From IMG/VR virus record IMGVR_UViG_3300005836_000012: a stretch of 64,000 nt of DNA; one strand, given 5' to 3'. Each line of letters starts with the position of its first letter. Positions within the stretch are counted from its first letter, which is position 1. The position numbers and the translations under genes were made by a program. The notes under the pieces were generated by a model. It saw only the letters and a program-made list of their open reading frames with translations. It searched no databases and was not told where the DNA came from. Source of the DNA: a virus. Below are positions 51,304 to 59,347 of the stretch, in pieces.

Positions 51304-51518
51304 TGGACCGCGAGAAGTTCCTGCACACCCTGTCGGCGATCGTGGAGCACGCGCCGCTGACAGCCGAAACCCAACTGGCATCCACCGGCCTATGGGATTC
51401 CATGGCCTGGGTGCAGGTGATCGGAATGCTCGATGACTGCGGCATCGAGGCGAACGGCGAGCAGGTCAGCAAATGCGAGACGGCCGCCGACGTGCTGAAG
51501 CTGGCGAGGCTGGGATGA
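51300..51518 (+). CDS. Acyl/peptidyl carrier protein (phosphopantetheine-binding)
   Basis: 72 aa. LASTGLWDSMAWVQVIGMLDD has the carrier-protein DS(L/M) Ser context in helix II. Confidence 0.6.
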   Translation: MMDREKFLHTLSAIVEHAPLTAETQLASTGLWDSMAWVQVIGMLDDCGIEANGEQVSKCETAADVLKLARLG

Positions 51519-51856
51519 AGCGCCTGCGAGCCGTCGCGCTGTGGCTGTTCTGGCGCTTCGGGTTTGGCCTGCTGCTCTACATGGCCTTGGCTCACGGTAG
51601 CGATGGCGCGGCGAACTTCGCCAAGTTCTACGTCTGGATGGTCGCCGTCCTTCTGTTGCTGGTCGCCATCGGCATGCTTGCTGACATCGATTTGTCGAAC
51701 AAGCCGTCCGTCATACCGCTGTGGCTGAATGTCGCAGTCGACACGGTTGCCTTCTGCGTCATGCTGTGGTTCGGCTGGATCGCCACGGCTGCGGCGTACC
51801 TGTTTTCAATAGTGATCGCTGCGGCCGCGCAGCGCCGCATGGGAGCGAAAGAATGA
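51515..51856 (+). CDS. Integral membrane protein (about 4 TM)
   Basis: 113 aa from ATG 51515 (ATGA overlap). Long hydrophobic segments. Confidence 0.55.
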   Translation: MKRLRAVALWLFWRFGFGLLLYMALAHGSDGAANFAKFYVWMVAVLLLLVAIGMLADIDLSNKPSVIPLWLNVAVDTVAFCVMLWFGWIATAAAYLFSIVIAAAAQRRMGAKE

Positions 51857-52824
51857 ACCGCCGCGAACGTCTGAACGCCACCATCCGCGGCGTGGTCGCG
51901 GTGATCCCTCCGAACGGCGTGAACAACGAGGAACTGGACGCGCTGCACGGCAACGACTTCGCCACGAAGTCAGCCGGGATCACCGGCGTGCTGCGGCGCC
52001 ACAGAACCGCTCCCGAGGCCTCGATGCCGACCGAGTTCGCCTGCGCGGCCGCGGCGCGCCGGCTGATGGTGAACCTCGGATGGGACGCGAGCAGCATCAA
52101 CGCGCTGGTGTTCGTCACGCAGACCCCGGGGGTGGAAATGCCCAGCGGCGCACACGCGATCCACGAGGCGCTCGGGCTTCCCGCCAACTGCGTCCCGGTG
52201 CAGGTGAACTGGGCCTGCGCAGGTTTCGTCTATGGCCTGTGGCTCGGCGCCCTGCTGGGCGGCGGGGACCGCACGCAGCGCATCCTGGTGCTGGCCGGCG
52301 ACACGATCACGCGGCGCTGCGACCCGAACGACAGGGCTACCTCGGCTGTCTTCGGGGACGCCGCGAGCGCCACGGCGATCGAGGTCGGATCGAATCAGGG
52401 CGCCATGCGCTTCGTCCTGGGCACCGACCCGGAGGGATGGCACAAGCTGTCCATGGCTGACGGCAAGCCGATGACGATGGACGGGACGGCCGTCTTCAAC
52501 TTCACGCTGCGCCGCGTTCCTGCCCTGCTCTCGGACGTGCGCGAGGCCGGCGTGCCGGACCTGTGGCTGTTCCACCAGGCCAACGCCTTCATGCTCGACC
52601 ACATCGTGCGCAAGGCCGGGATTCACCCCTCCGTGGCCCCCACGAACCTACAGGTGCGCGGCAACACCAGCAGCGCATCCATCCCCCTCCTGATGTGCGA
52701 CATGGGCCGTCAGGCGCTGCGCGGCAAGCGCGTGGCCATGGTCGGCTTCGGCGCCGGCTGGACCTGGGGGGCTGTCAACGTCGAATTGCACGGCCTGGAC
52801 TGTGCGGAGGTGATCGAGCTATGA
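51853..52824 (+). CDS. KAS III (FabH)-family 3-oxoacyl-ACP synthase / acyltransferase
   Basis: Cys-His-Asn triad contexts NWACAGFVYG, LFHQANAFM, RGNTSSASIP. 323 aa, ATGA overlap. Confidence 0.75.
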   Translation: MNRRERLNATIRGVVAVIPPNGVNNEELDALHGNDFATKSAGITGVLRRHRTAPEASMPTEFACAAAARRLMVNLGWDASSINALVFVTQTPGVEMPSGAHAIHEALGLPANCVPVQVNWACAGFVYGLWLGALLGGGDRTQRILVLAGDTITRRCDPNDRATSAVFGDAASATAIEVGSNQGAMRFVLGTDPEGWHKLSMADGKPMTMDGTAVFNFTLRRVPALLSDVREAGVPDLWLFHQANAFMLDHIVRKAGIHPSVAPTNLQVRGNTSSASIPLLMCDMGRQALRGKRVAMVGFGAGWTWGAVNVELHGLDCAEVIEL

Positions 52825-53525
52825 CGGCCAGGTATCTGGTGACCGGCGCCTACGGTGGGCTGGGCGCGGAGGTCTGCAAGCGGCTGCGCGCGCAGGGCGC
52901 GGAGGTTCACGGCATGGTGCGCGCTGTCGGCGGGCCTGATGTCGATCTGTACGGCTACCACCAGATGGACTTCAGCCACGCCACGCCATCCCAAGTGGCG
53001 ACCGCCGTTCTGAAGATCGCATCCGCCTTCGACGGTGTGGTTCACACTGCTGGCTCCGAGGTGGTGCACCCGCTGGTCGGGCATCAAGACGCCCAATACA
53101 ACCGCGCCATGGCCGCAGCGCACAGCGCCTTCGGCATCCTCATGGCTGCAGCTGAAGGCGCCGTGATGAAGGGCGGCAGCATCGTCATGATGTCCAGCGT
53201 GGCCGCGCATCGCGGGGTGGCCGGCATGGTGGCCTACAGCGCCGGCAAGGCGGCGATCGAGGCCATGGTGCGGAGCGGCGCGCTGGAGCTGAAGCGCCGC
53301 AGCATCCGGGTCAACTGCGTGGCCGCTGGCGCCTTCCGCAGTCCGATGCACGACCGCATCACCCGCGGCATGAACGAGGCCAGCCAGGACGCCTACGCCC
53401 AGAAGCACCCGATGGGCATCGGCGCCCTGTCGCACGTGGCCGACGCCGTGATGAACCTGCTTCAAGGCGCGAGCTGGCAGACCGGCAGCACGGTGGTGGT
53501 CGATGGCGGATTCTTGGCGGGATGA
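52821..53525 (+). CDS. Short-chain dehydrogenase/reductase (FabG-like)
   Basis: VTGAYGGLGAEV (TGxxxGxG), SSVAA...YSAGKAA (S...YxxxK). 234 aa. Confidence 0.75.
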   Translation: MTARYLVTGAYGGLGAEVCKRLRAQGAEVHGMVRAVGGPDVDLYGYHQMDFSHATPSQVATAVLKIASAFDGVVHTAGSEVVHPLVGHQDAQYNRAMAAAHSAFGILMAAAEGAVMKGGSIVMMSSVAAHRGVAGMVAYSAGKAAIEAMVRSGALELKRRSIRVNCVAAGAFRSPMHDRITRGMNEASQDAYAQKHPMGIGALSHVADAVMNLLQGASWQTGSTVVVDGGFLAG

Positions 53526-53880
53526 GGCATGATCCTGAACGCTTGCGGAAATGATGTGACTGTTCCCGTGGTCATCTGCGCCACATTGGCAGTCGCTGCG
53601 GTTGCGGTCTGGTGCCGGCTATTTTGGATGATGCACTGCGACGTTCGAGCGTACGAGTCTAGAATGCGCTCGACGCCAACCTCGCAGTTGCCACGTCCCC
53701 GAAAACCCCCCGCAGGTCGGATGGTCCTGCCTCCGGTGTCGCCTGCGGGGTGTCTAGGGTCCAGTTACATCGAGAGGGGCCAACCCCGACACGTTTTGAA
53801 TGCAGAGCCGGTTACTCCGGTCGACGCAACGGACCGTGGGGCGGCCCCATACGCGCAGCCCGCAAGGGCAACAGTGAGCC

Positions 53881-53909
53881 GCCCCCAGGCAGAGCAAGGG
53901 CCTGGGGGC
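53881..53909 (+). terminator. 10-bp GC stem-loop (GCCCCCAGGC/GCCTGGGGGC), terminator or RBS-occluding hairpin
   Basis: Loop AGAGCAAGG. Ends 5 nt before ATG 53915. Arm sequence resembles the 10224 hairpin. Confidence 0.4.
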
Positions 53910-53914
53910 TGACC

Positions 53915-54121
53915 ATGACGCTGGACGAAGCGCTGCGCCGCCCAGGCTTCTGGGTCGCTTGGACCGGAGTCTGGGGCTGCCCGTTTGAAGTGGCAGCCGA
54001 CCTGACCGTCTACCAGCTGAACCAGAGGAACGTGCGCGATGGCGTGCTGCGCCGCGACCGCTGGAACGAATCCGCCATCACCTTGGTCGAGCCGCTGAAC
54101 ATGGGGCCGCCCGGCGGCTGA
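53915..54121 (+). CDS. Hypothetical small protein
   Basis: 68 aa from internal ATG 53915. MTLDEALRRPGFWVAWTGVWGCPFE.... Confidence 0.45.
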   Translation: MTLDEALRRPGFWVAWTGVWGCPFEVAADLTVYQLNQRNVRDGVLRRDRWNESAITLVEPLNMGPPGG

Positions 54122-54229
54122 TCGTTCAAAAACGGAACACCTGAGCCCCAACGGCTCCCCTGTGCAGCGCGGAACAATTGCGCCAGAATTGCACACCTGT
54201 TCCGAACCCCCCAAGACACGGGGTAAACC

Positions 54230-54778
54230 ATGGCACACCACAACTGGCATGACGCCAAGCGCACCTACGTCGAAGGCACCGAGCAACCGGACGGCACCCG
54301 GGTGTGGCAGAGCCTGGAGCAGGTCGGCCTGCTCTACGCCATCAGCGACTCCAGCATCCGCAAGCGGGCAGCCAGGTCAGCCGAGGACTGGGGCACCCAG
54401 CGGGACATCTATCGCACCAAGATTGCACAGGCCAAGCAAGCCAAGCGAATCGACGTTCTAGCAGCGCGCGGCGCGGAGTTCGACGGCAAGGCTTTGCGGG
54501 CTGCCGAGCAGGTGCTGGATCAGGTGCTGCTGCGCATGCTCCAGGCCGGGCAGGGCAACAAGCTGGTCGCGGCTGCCGAACTCCAGCGCTTGGCGGCCTG
54601 CATCCGCACCGCTCACGTGGCCGGGCGCCTGGCCATGGGCGACACCACCGAAATCGTCAAGCAGGTCGACACCCTCACCCGGGAATTCGACCTGTCCACG
54701 CTGACCGACGAGGAATTGGCCAAGCTGGACGAACTGCGGGCAAAAATGCACGGCACGGCACCGGATGTTCGTCACTGA
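54230..54778 (+). CDS. terS: Terminase small subunit
   Basis: 182 aa immediately upstream of TerL. N-terminal HTH-like LEQVGLLYAISDSSIRKRAARSAEDW and coiled-coil C-terminus. Confidence 0.6.
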   Translation: MAHHNWHDAKRTYVEGTEQPDGTRVWQSLEQVGLLYAISDSSIRKRAARSAEDWGTQRDIYRTKIAQAKQAKRIDVLAARGAEFDGKALRAAEQVLDQVLLRMLQAGQGNKLVAAAELQRLAACIRTAHVAGRLAMGDTTEIVKQVDTLTREFDLSTLTDEELAKLDELRAKMHGTAPDVRH

Positions 54779-54780
54779 TC

Positions 54781-55029
54781 ATGCGTATTTACCCGATGGA
54801 CGATTGCCACGACTGGGATGTCTGGCACTGCCGCCGATGCGTCGAGCCGCGCGACATCCTGTGGATTGACAGCGAGTCGTGCCGCTGGGCGCAGTTCCAA
54901 CACGCCGAGTACGACGGGGTCGAGCTGGTGGTGCACCAGGCGGACCGCATCCACATCTTCGACCAGCGTCGGCTGGTGCTGATCGACCCGGTGGCCACAG
55001 CCGAACCATCCCGTGTCAGTCGTCGCTGA
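54781..55029 (+). CDS. Hypothetical small protein between TerS and TerL
   Basis: 82 aa from ATG 54781. Cys/His/Trp-rich N-terminus. Confidence 0.45.
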   Translation: MRIYPMDDCHDWDVWHCRRCVEPRDILWIDSESCRWAQFQHAEYDGVELVVHQADRIHIFDQRRLVLIDPVATAEPSRVSRR

Positions 55030-56518
55030 CCAGCGCGTCCCGTCCGAGCTGGCAAGCCGGGGGGAGTGGGGGCGCCGGTCGTTCCGCTACTTCTTCCGCC
55101 ACTTCGCGTGGCCCGTGCTGTACCCAGGGGTGGAGTTCGTCGACGGCTGGCACATCGACGCGGTGTGCGAGCACCTGGAGGCACTGAAGCGGGGGCAGAT
55201 AAGGCGGCTGGCCATCAACATGCCGGGCCGGCACCTCAAGTCATCCCTTGTCAGCCAGGCCTTCAACGCCTGGGACTGGATCGCCGACCCGCAGCTGACG
55301 CACCTGACGGCCAGCTACGTCACGGCGCTGGCGGTGCGCGACGCGGTGGGAACGCGGCGCATCATCCAGTCGAAGCTGTACCAGGACTGCTACGGCGGCC
55401 GATTCGCGCTCCAGCCCGACCAGAACGAGAAGACGATGTACGCCAACACCCGCGGCGGCTACCGGCGCCCGGTCGGGGTCGACGCCGGCATCATGGGCTA
55501 CGGGGGCAACCGGCGGACGGTCGACGACCCGGTGGACCCAGCTGCTGTATCCAACGCCGGCGCGATCGAGCGCGGTGTGGAGTGGTGGAAGGGCACGTTC
55601 AGCACGCGGGGGAACGATCCGCTGAACGACACGATCATCCTGGCCCAGCAGCGCCTGAGCGACGGCGACACCACCGGCTACGTGATGAAGAACGAGCGCG
55701 GCTGGGAGTACCTGGTGATCCCGGCGCGCTACGAGCACGAGCACCGCCGCCCGCCGACCATCATCGGATGGGTGGACCCGCGCAAGAAGGAACGCGAGGT
55801 GATACAGCCATCCCGGCTGCCCGACAGCGCGGTCGCGGAACTGGAAGCCAACCTTGGCGAGTACCACCGGCTCGCCCAGCTCCAGCAGCGCCCGACGAAC
55901 CGCGGCGGGATCATCTTCCCGCGCAGCCACTACCGCTTCTGGACGAAGGCGACGCTGCCCAAGATCGACTACGTGGCGCTGTCGGTCGACTGCACCTTCA
56001 AGGACGGCCCCACCAACGACCATGTGGCGATCCAGGCGTGGGGCTTCGCGCTCTCGCACAGCCAGAACATCCTGCTGCACCGCGTCAAGGAGCGCATGTC
56101 CTTCGCGGCGACCTGCGATTCCGTCAAGTCGGTCTATGCACTGTTCGAGCAGCTGTGCATAGCGGTGCTGATCGAGGACAAGGCCAACGGCAGCGCGGTG
56201 GTCGAAACCCTCGCGGGGACGGTTCCTGGTGTGGTTGCGGTCAACCCGGAGGGCGGCAAGGCGGCCCGGGCCTTCGCCATGCAGGCCGACCACGAGGCGC
56301 ACTGCATCGTCCTCCCGGCCCCGGAGGAAGACCCGAAGATCGAGGTCTTCCTGGTCGCCAGTTCGGCGTTCACCGGCCTGGAAGGCGGCGACGATGACGA
56401 GGTGGACGCCATGACGCAGTTCGTGAACTGGAAGCGCGTGCGGTTCAAGACCACCGGCCTGCAGCAGCTGATGAAGGCGCAGTACGAGGCGGCGCAGGCA
56501 GCGAAGGCGGCCGCCTGA
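55013..56518 (+). CDS. terL: Terminase large subunit
   Basis: RRLAINMPGRHLKSSL (PxRxGKS-type Walker A variant). C-terminal nuclease block ALSVDCTFKDGPTNDHVAIQAWGF. 501 aa. Confidence 0.8.
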   Translation: MSVVADQRVPSELASRGEWGRRSFRYFFRHFAWPVLYPGVEFVDGWHIDAVCEHLEALKRGQIRRLAINMPGRHLKSSLVSQAFNAWDWIADPQLTHLTASYVTALAVRDAVGTRRIIQSKLYQDCYGGRFALQPDQNEKTMYANTRGGYRRPVGVDAGIMGYGGNRRTVDDPVDPAAVSNAGAIERGVEWWKGTFSTRGNDPLNDTIILAQQRLSDGDTTGYVMKNERGWEYLVIPARYEHEHRRPPTIIGWVDPRKKEREVIQPSRLPDSAVAELEANLGEYHRLAQLQQRPTNRGGIIFPRSHYRFWTKATLPKIDYVALSVDCTFKDGPTNDHVAIQAWGFALSHSQNILLHRVKERMSFAATCDSVKSVYALFEQLCIAVLIEDKANGSAVVETLAGTVPGVVAVNPEGGKAARAFAMQADHEAHCIVLPAPEEDPKIEVFLVASSAFTGLEGGDDDEVDAMTQFVNWKRVRFKTTGLQQLMKAQYEAAQAAKAAA

Positions 56519-56733
56519 AGGGTTCCACGCGGAAGCAAGGGGGGGTGTTGTCGCGGGCCGGTCGCTACTCCGACTGGCGGTTTCTGCAGGTAGCGCGAAG
56601 CCTTGCCTCGCGATCAATGCCGCCACCATTCCGCATAGGATGCGTGTCTGCTTTCCACGCCGCCGCGACCCGATGATTTTACGGGAAGCGTGACACGTGA
56701 AACAATGCAACCCCATCGAACATCGGGGGGCTG

Positions 56734-58473
56734 ATGGCCGCGCGCGAGGATATGGGTCAACAGGTCGCGCCAGGGGTCATCCAGCGGGTGAGCCAGGGGC
56801 TGTCGTACATCGTCAGCGGCGTCACCCCTGCCAGCTGGTTCGGCCCGAGCCAGCCGCTGCGCCCGCTCGTACAGGACCAGACCGAAGGCCGGCAGTTCGA
56901 CTACCCGGTCGGCTACAACCTGCGGATCACGCCGCGCGAGGGGGAGATTCCATTCTCCATGCTGCGCAGCTTCGCCGATGGATACGACCTGCTCCGTCTT
57001 GCCATCGAGACGCGCAAGGACCAGATCGAGGCCTACGACTGGGAAATCGTCCCCGCTGACCCGAAGGCCCCGAAAGGGGCGATGAAGGACGAAATCAAGG
57101 CGGTCACCGACTTCCTGCAGAAGCCGGACAAGGAACTGCTATGGCCGCAATGGCTGCGCCGGATGATGGAGGAGCTGTTCGTCATCGACGCGATGGCGTT
57201 CTACCCGCGCGCCGACATGGGGGGCCACCTCTACGCGCTGGAGGTGCTGGACGGCGCATCGCTCAAGCGCGTGCTGGACCTGGAAGGCCGCACTCCCATG
57301 CCGCCATCGCCGGCCTATCAGCAAATCCTGCACGGCATCCCGGCCAACGACCTGACCACGGACGACATCACCTACATCATGCGCAACCCGCGCGTGAATC
57401 GGGTCTATGGACTGTCGCCCGTAGAGCAAATTTTGATGACCGTGAACATCGCGATCCGCCGCCAGTTGACCCAGTTGTCGAGTTACACCGAGGGCACGAT
57501 GCCCGAGGCGCTGGCCCAGGTTCCAGAGTCGTGGACCAGCAAGATGATCGCGGATTTCCAGACGTGGTTCGACGGGTTGCTGGCCGGCAACATCGCGCTG
57601 CGCCGGCGAATCACGTTCATCCCGAAGCTCGACAACATCTACATGCCGCGCGCCGAGGTGATGAAGGACGAATACGACGACTGGCTGGCCCGCATCGTCT
57701 GCTTCGCCTTCAGCATCAGCCCGACAGCCCTGATTAAGAACCCGAACCGCGCGACGAGTCAGTCGATGTCCGACACGGCGAAGGAGGAGGGCCTGCAGCC
57801 GCTGCTGAAGTTCATCGGCGCCGTGATGACGCAGCTGATCACGCAGTACATGGTGCCGGGCCTGCGCTTCCAATTCGCGACGGTCAACCAGACGAATCCG
57901 CTGGAACAAGCCCAAATCGACGACCTCTACATCAAGGACAAGGTGCTGACGCCGGACGAGGTTCGGGAGGGCCTGGGGCGCGAGCCACTGACCCCGGAAC
58001 AGCGCGCAGAGGCGTTTCCAGCTCCCCCGCCGATGCTGGCGCCGGGACAGGAGAAACCAGAGGACTCGGCGATCAACCTGCCGAACCCGGACAAGCCATC
58101 AGCGACGGCCGTGCCGCGGACGAACACGGCGACGGACATCGAAAAGGCGCTGGGCGGCCTGCAGTTGCATGTCCACGCCTCCCCGGTGACCGTGGACGCC
58201 CCGGTCCAGATGGGCGACACGCACGTGCACGTTCCGAAGCAGACGGCCCCGGCGGTCACGGTCGGGGCTCCGATCGTCAAGGTCTACGGCGACACGAAGG
58301 TCCAAGCGCCACCGATGCCGATGAAGAAGGTGGTCCGAGCGCGCCGCGATCCGCACAGCGGCGAGTTGTTCGGCGAGGTGACGAGCGAGGTGGTCGACAG
58401 CGCCGCGGTCACGCAGTCGCTGGCCAAGGCGCTGCAGCAACACAGGGGGGCCGACGATGCCGAAACTGACTAA
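56734..58473 (+). CDS. Portal protein
   Basis: 579 aa after TerL. Conserved-looking core (FSMLRSFADGYDLLRLAIETRKDQI, VYGLSPVEQILMTVNIAIRRQ). Pro/Ala-rich C-terminal tail. Confidence 0.75.
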   Translation: MAAREDMGQQVAPGVIQRVSQGLSYIVSGVTPASWFGPSQPLRPLVQDQTEGRQFDYPVGYNLRITPREGEIPFSMLRSFADGYDLLRLAIETRKDQIEAYDWEIVPADPKAPKGAMKDEIKAVTDFLQKPDKELLWPQWLRRMMEELFVIDAMAFYPRADMGGHLYALEVLDGASLKRVLDLEGRTPMPPSPAYQQILHGIPANDLTTDDITYIMRNPRVNRVYGLSPVEQILMTVNIAIRRQLTQLSSYTEGTMPEALAQVPESWTSKMIADFQTWFDGLLAGNIALRRRITFIPKLDNIYMPRAEVMKDEYDDWLARIVCFAFSISPTALIKNPNRATSQSMSDTAKEEGLQPLLKFIGAVMTQLITQYMVPGLRFQFATVNQTNPLEQAQIDDLYIKDKVLTPDEVREGLGREPLTPEQRAEAFPAPPPMLAPGQEKPEDSAINLPNPDKPSATAVPRTNTATDIEKALGGLQLHVHASPVTVDAPVQMGDTHVHVPKQTAPAVTVGAPIVKVYGDTKVQAPPMPMKKVVRARRDPHSGELFGEVTSEVVDSAAVTQSLAKALQQHRGADDAETD

Positions 58474-58846
58474 GGCCGGCCGCACCCTGATCCGTGACAC
58501 GGTGGCTGACAAGCTGCGAGGCGGCCGGCATGTCACCTATGACGGCGACGGGCGCGAGCTGGTCGAGTGCGCGATCCCGGCGACGTGGGAGCCCTACGGC
58601 GACGGCGACTGCAGCTTCATCTTCAAGGGCCTGGCGCAGGGCAAGTGCTCGCGCATGGGCATGGCGACGGCCTGGGCCGCGTTTCCGCCAGGCGACATTC
58701 ACAAGACGCAGGCGCTGATCGGTGGAACAATCGGGCGCACGCTGTCGAAGTGGGTGGACGTTGCGCTGGAGGATCAGCAGCTGTACGTCGGCATGCTGGT
58801 CGACATCGACCAACTTGCCTACACAATCGAGTTCCCGAAGGAGTGA
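58457..58846 (+). CDS. Hypothetical protein
   Basis: 129 aa, overlaps the portal 3' end by 17 nt. Confidence 0.5.
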   Translation: MPKLTKAGRTLIRDTVADKLRGGRHVTYDGDGRELVECAIPATWEPYGDGDCSFIFKGLAQGKCSRMGMATAWAAFPPGDIHKTQALIGGTIGRTLSKWVDVALEDQQLYVGMLVDIDQLAYTIEFPKE

Positions 58847-58849
58847 CGT

Positions 58850-59323
58850 ATGGCACGAGGCGACATTCACTGGTTCAATTCGGCTGGCCTTCAGGGCTTC
58901 AAGAAGTTCTACGACCTGTCGAGCGAGACGCTGAAGCTGGGCATCGTCAACGGGGCGAACGTCCCAACGGTCAACACGCCGAATCCGGCCTGGGGCGCGA
59001 ACGGCACGATCAACTTCAGCGCCGACCAGGTCACGACGAACGCCGGCGGCTACAGCGGGCCGATCACGCTGGCATCGGTCACATTCACCCAAGTGGCCAA
59101 CCTCGCCACTCTCGCGGCGAACAGCGTGGTGATCGCGCAGGACAGCGGCAACGGCTTCTCCAACGCCAACTTCGGGATCATGTACGACGACACGCACGCG
59201 AACAAACCCGCCTTCGCGTTCGTCGACCTAGGCGGCCCGATCGGCAACGCGAACGGGCCGGTGAACATCAACTTCAACAGCAGCGCTGTCAGCGGCCCGA
59301 TCCTCACGACGACCGCCCCCTGA
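58850..59323 (+). CDS. Hypothetical Asn/Gly/Thr-rich (structural-looking) protein
   Basis: 157 aa, GGAG upstream. Confidence 0.5.
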   Translation: MARGDIHWFNSAGLQGFKKFYDLSSETLKLGIVNGANVPTVNTPNPAWGANGTINFSADQVTTNAGGYSGPITLASVTFTQVANLATLAANSVVIAQDSGNGFSNANFGIMYDDTHANKPAFAFVDLGGPIGNANGPVNINFNSSAVSGPILTTTAP

Positions 59324-59347
59324 GGCTGAAAGGGCGGCGGTGATTCG

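Noticed and set aside
53590-53830. Possible tRNA (GTTCGAGCG resembles a T-loop)
   Set aside because: I could not build a cloverleaf. There is no complementary T-stem, acceptor stem or anticodon arm around it.
53529-53912. 127-aa ORF filling the gap after the SDR gene
   Set aside because: Codon usage is strongly A/T-ending, unlike all confident genes. The sequence is Pro/Arg-rich after a short hydrophobic start, and it coincides with several stable stem-loops. I treated it as non-coding.
55241-56716. 491-aa minus-strand ORF. Similar cases are 42615-44108, 48594-49763, 15589-16572, 19515-20402 and 11290-12210
   Set aside because: All are antisense to well-supported plus-strand genes, Arg/His/Gly/Asp-rich, and lack motifs. 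They are high-GC artefacts.
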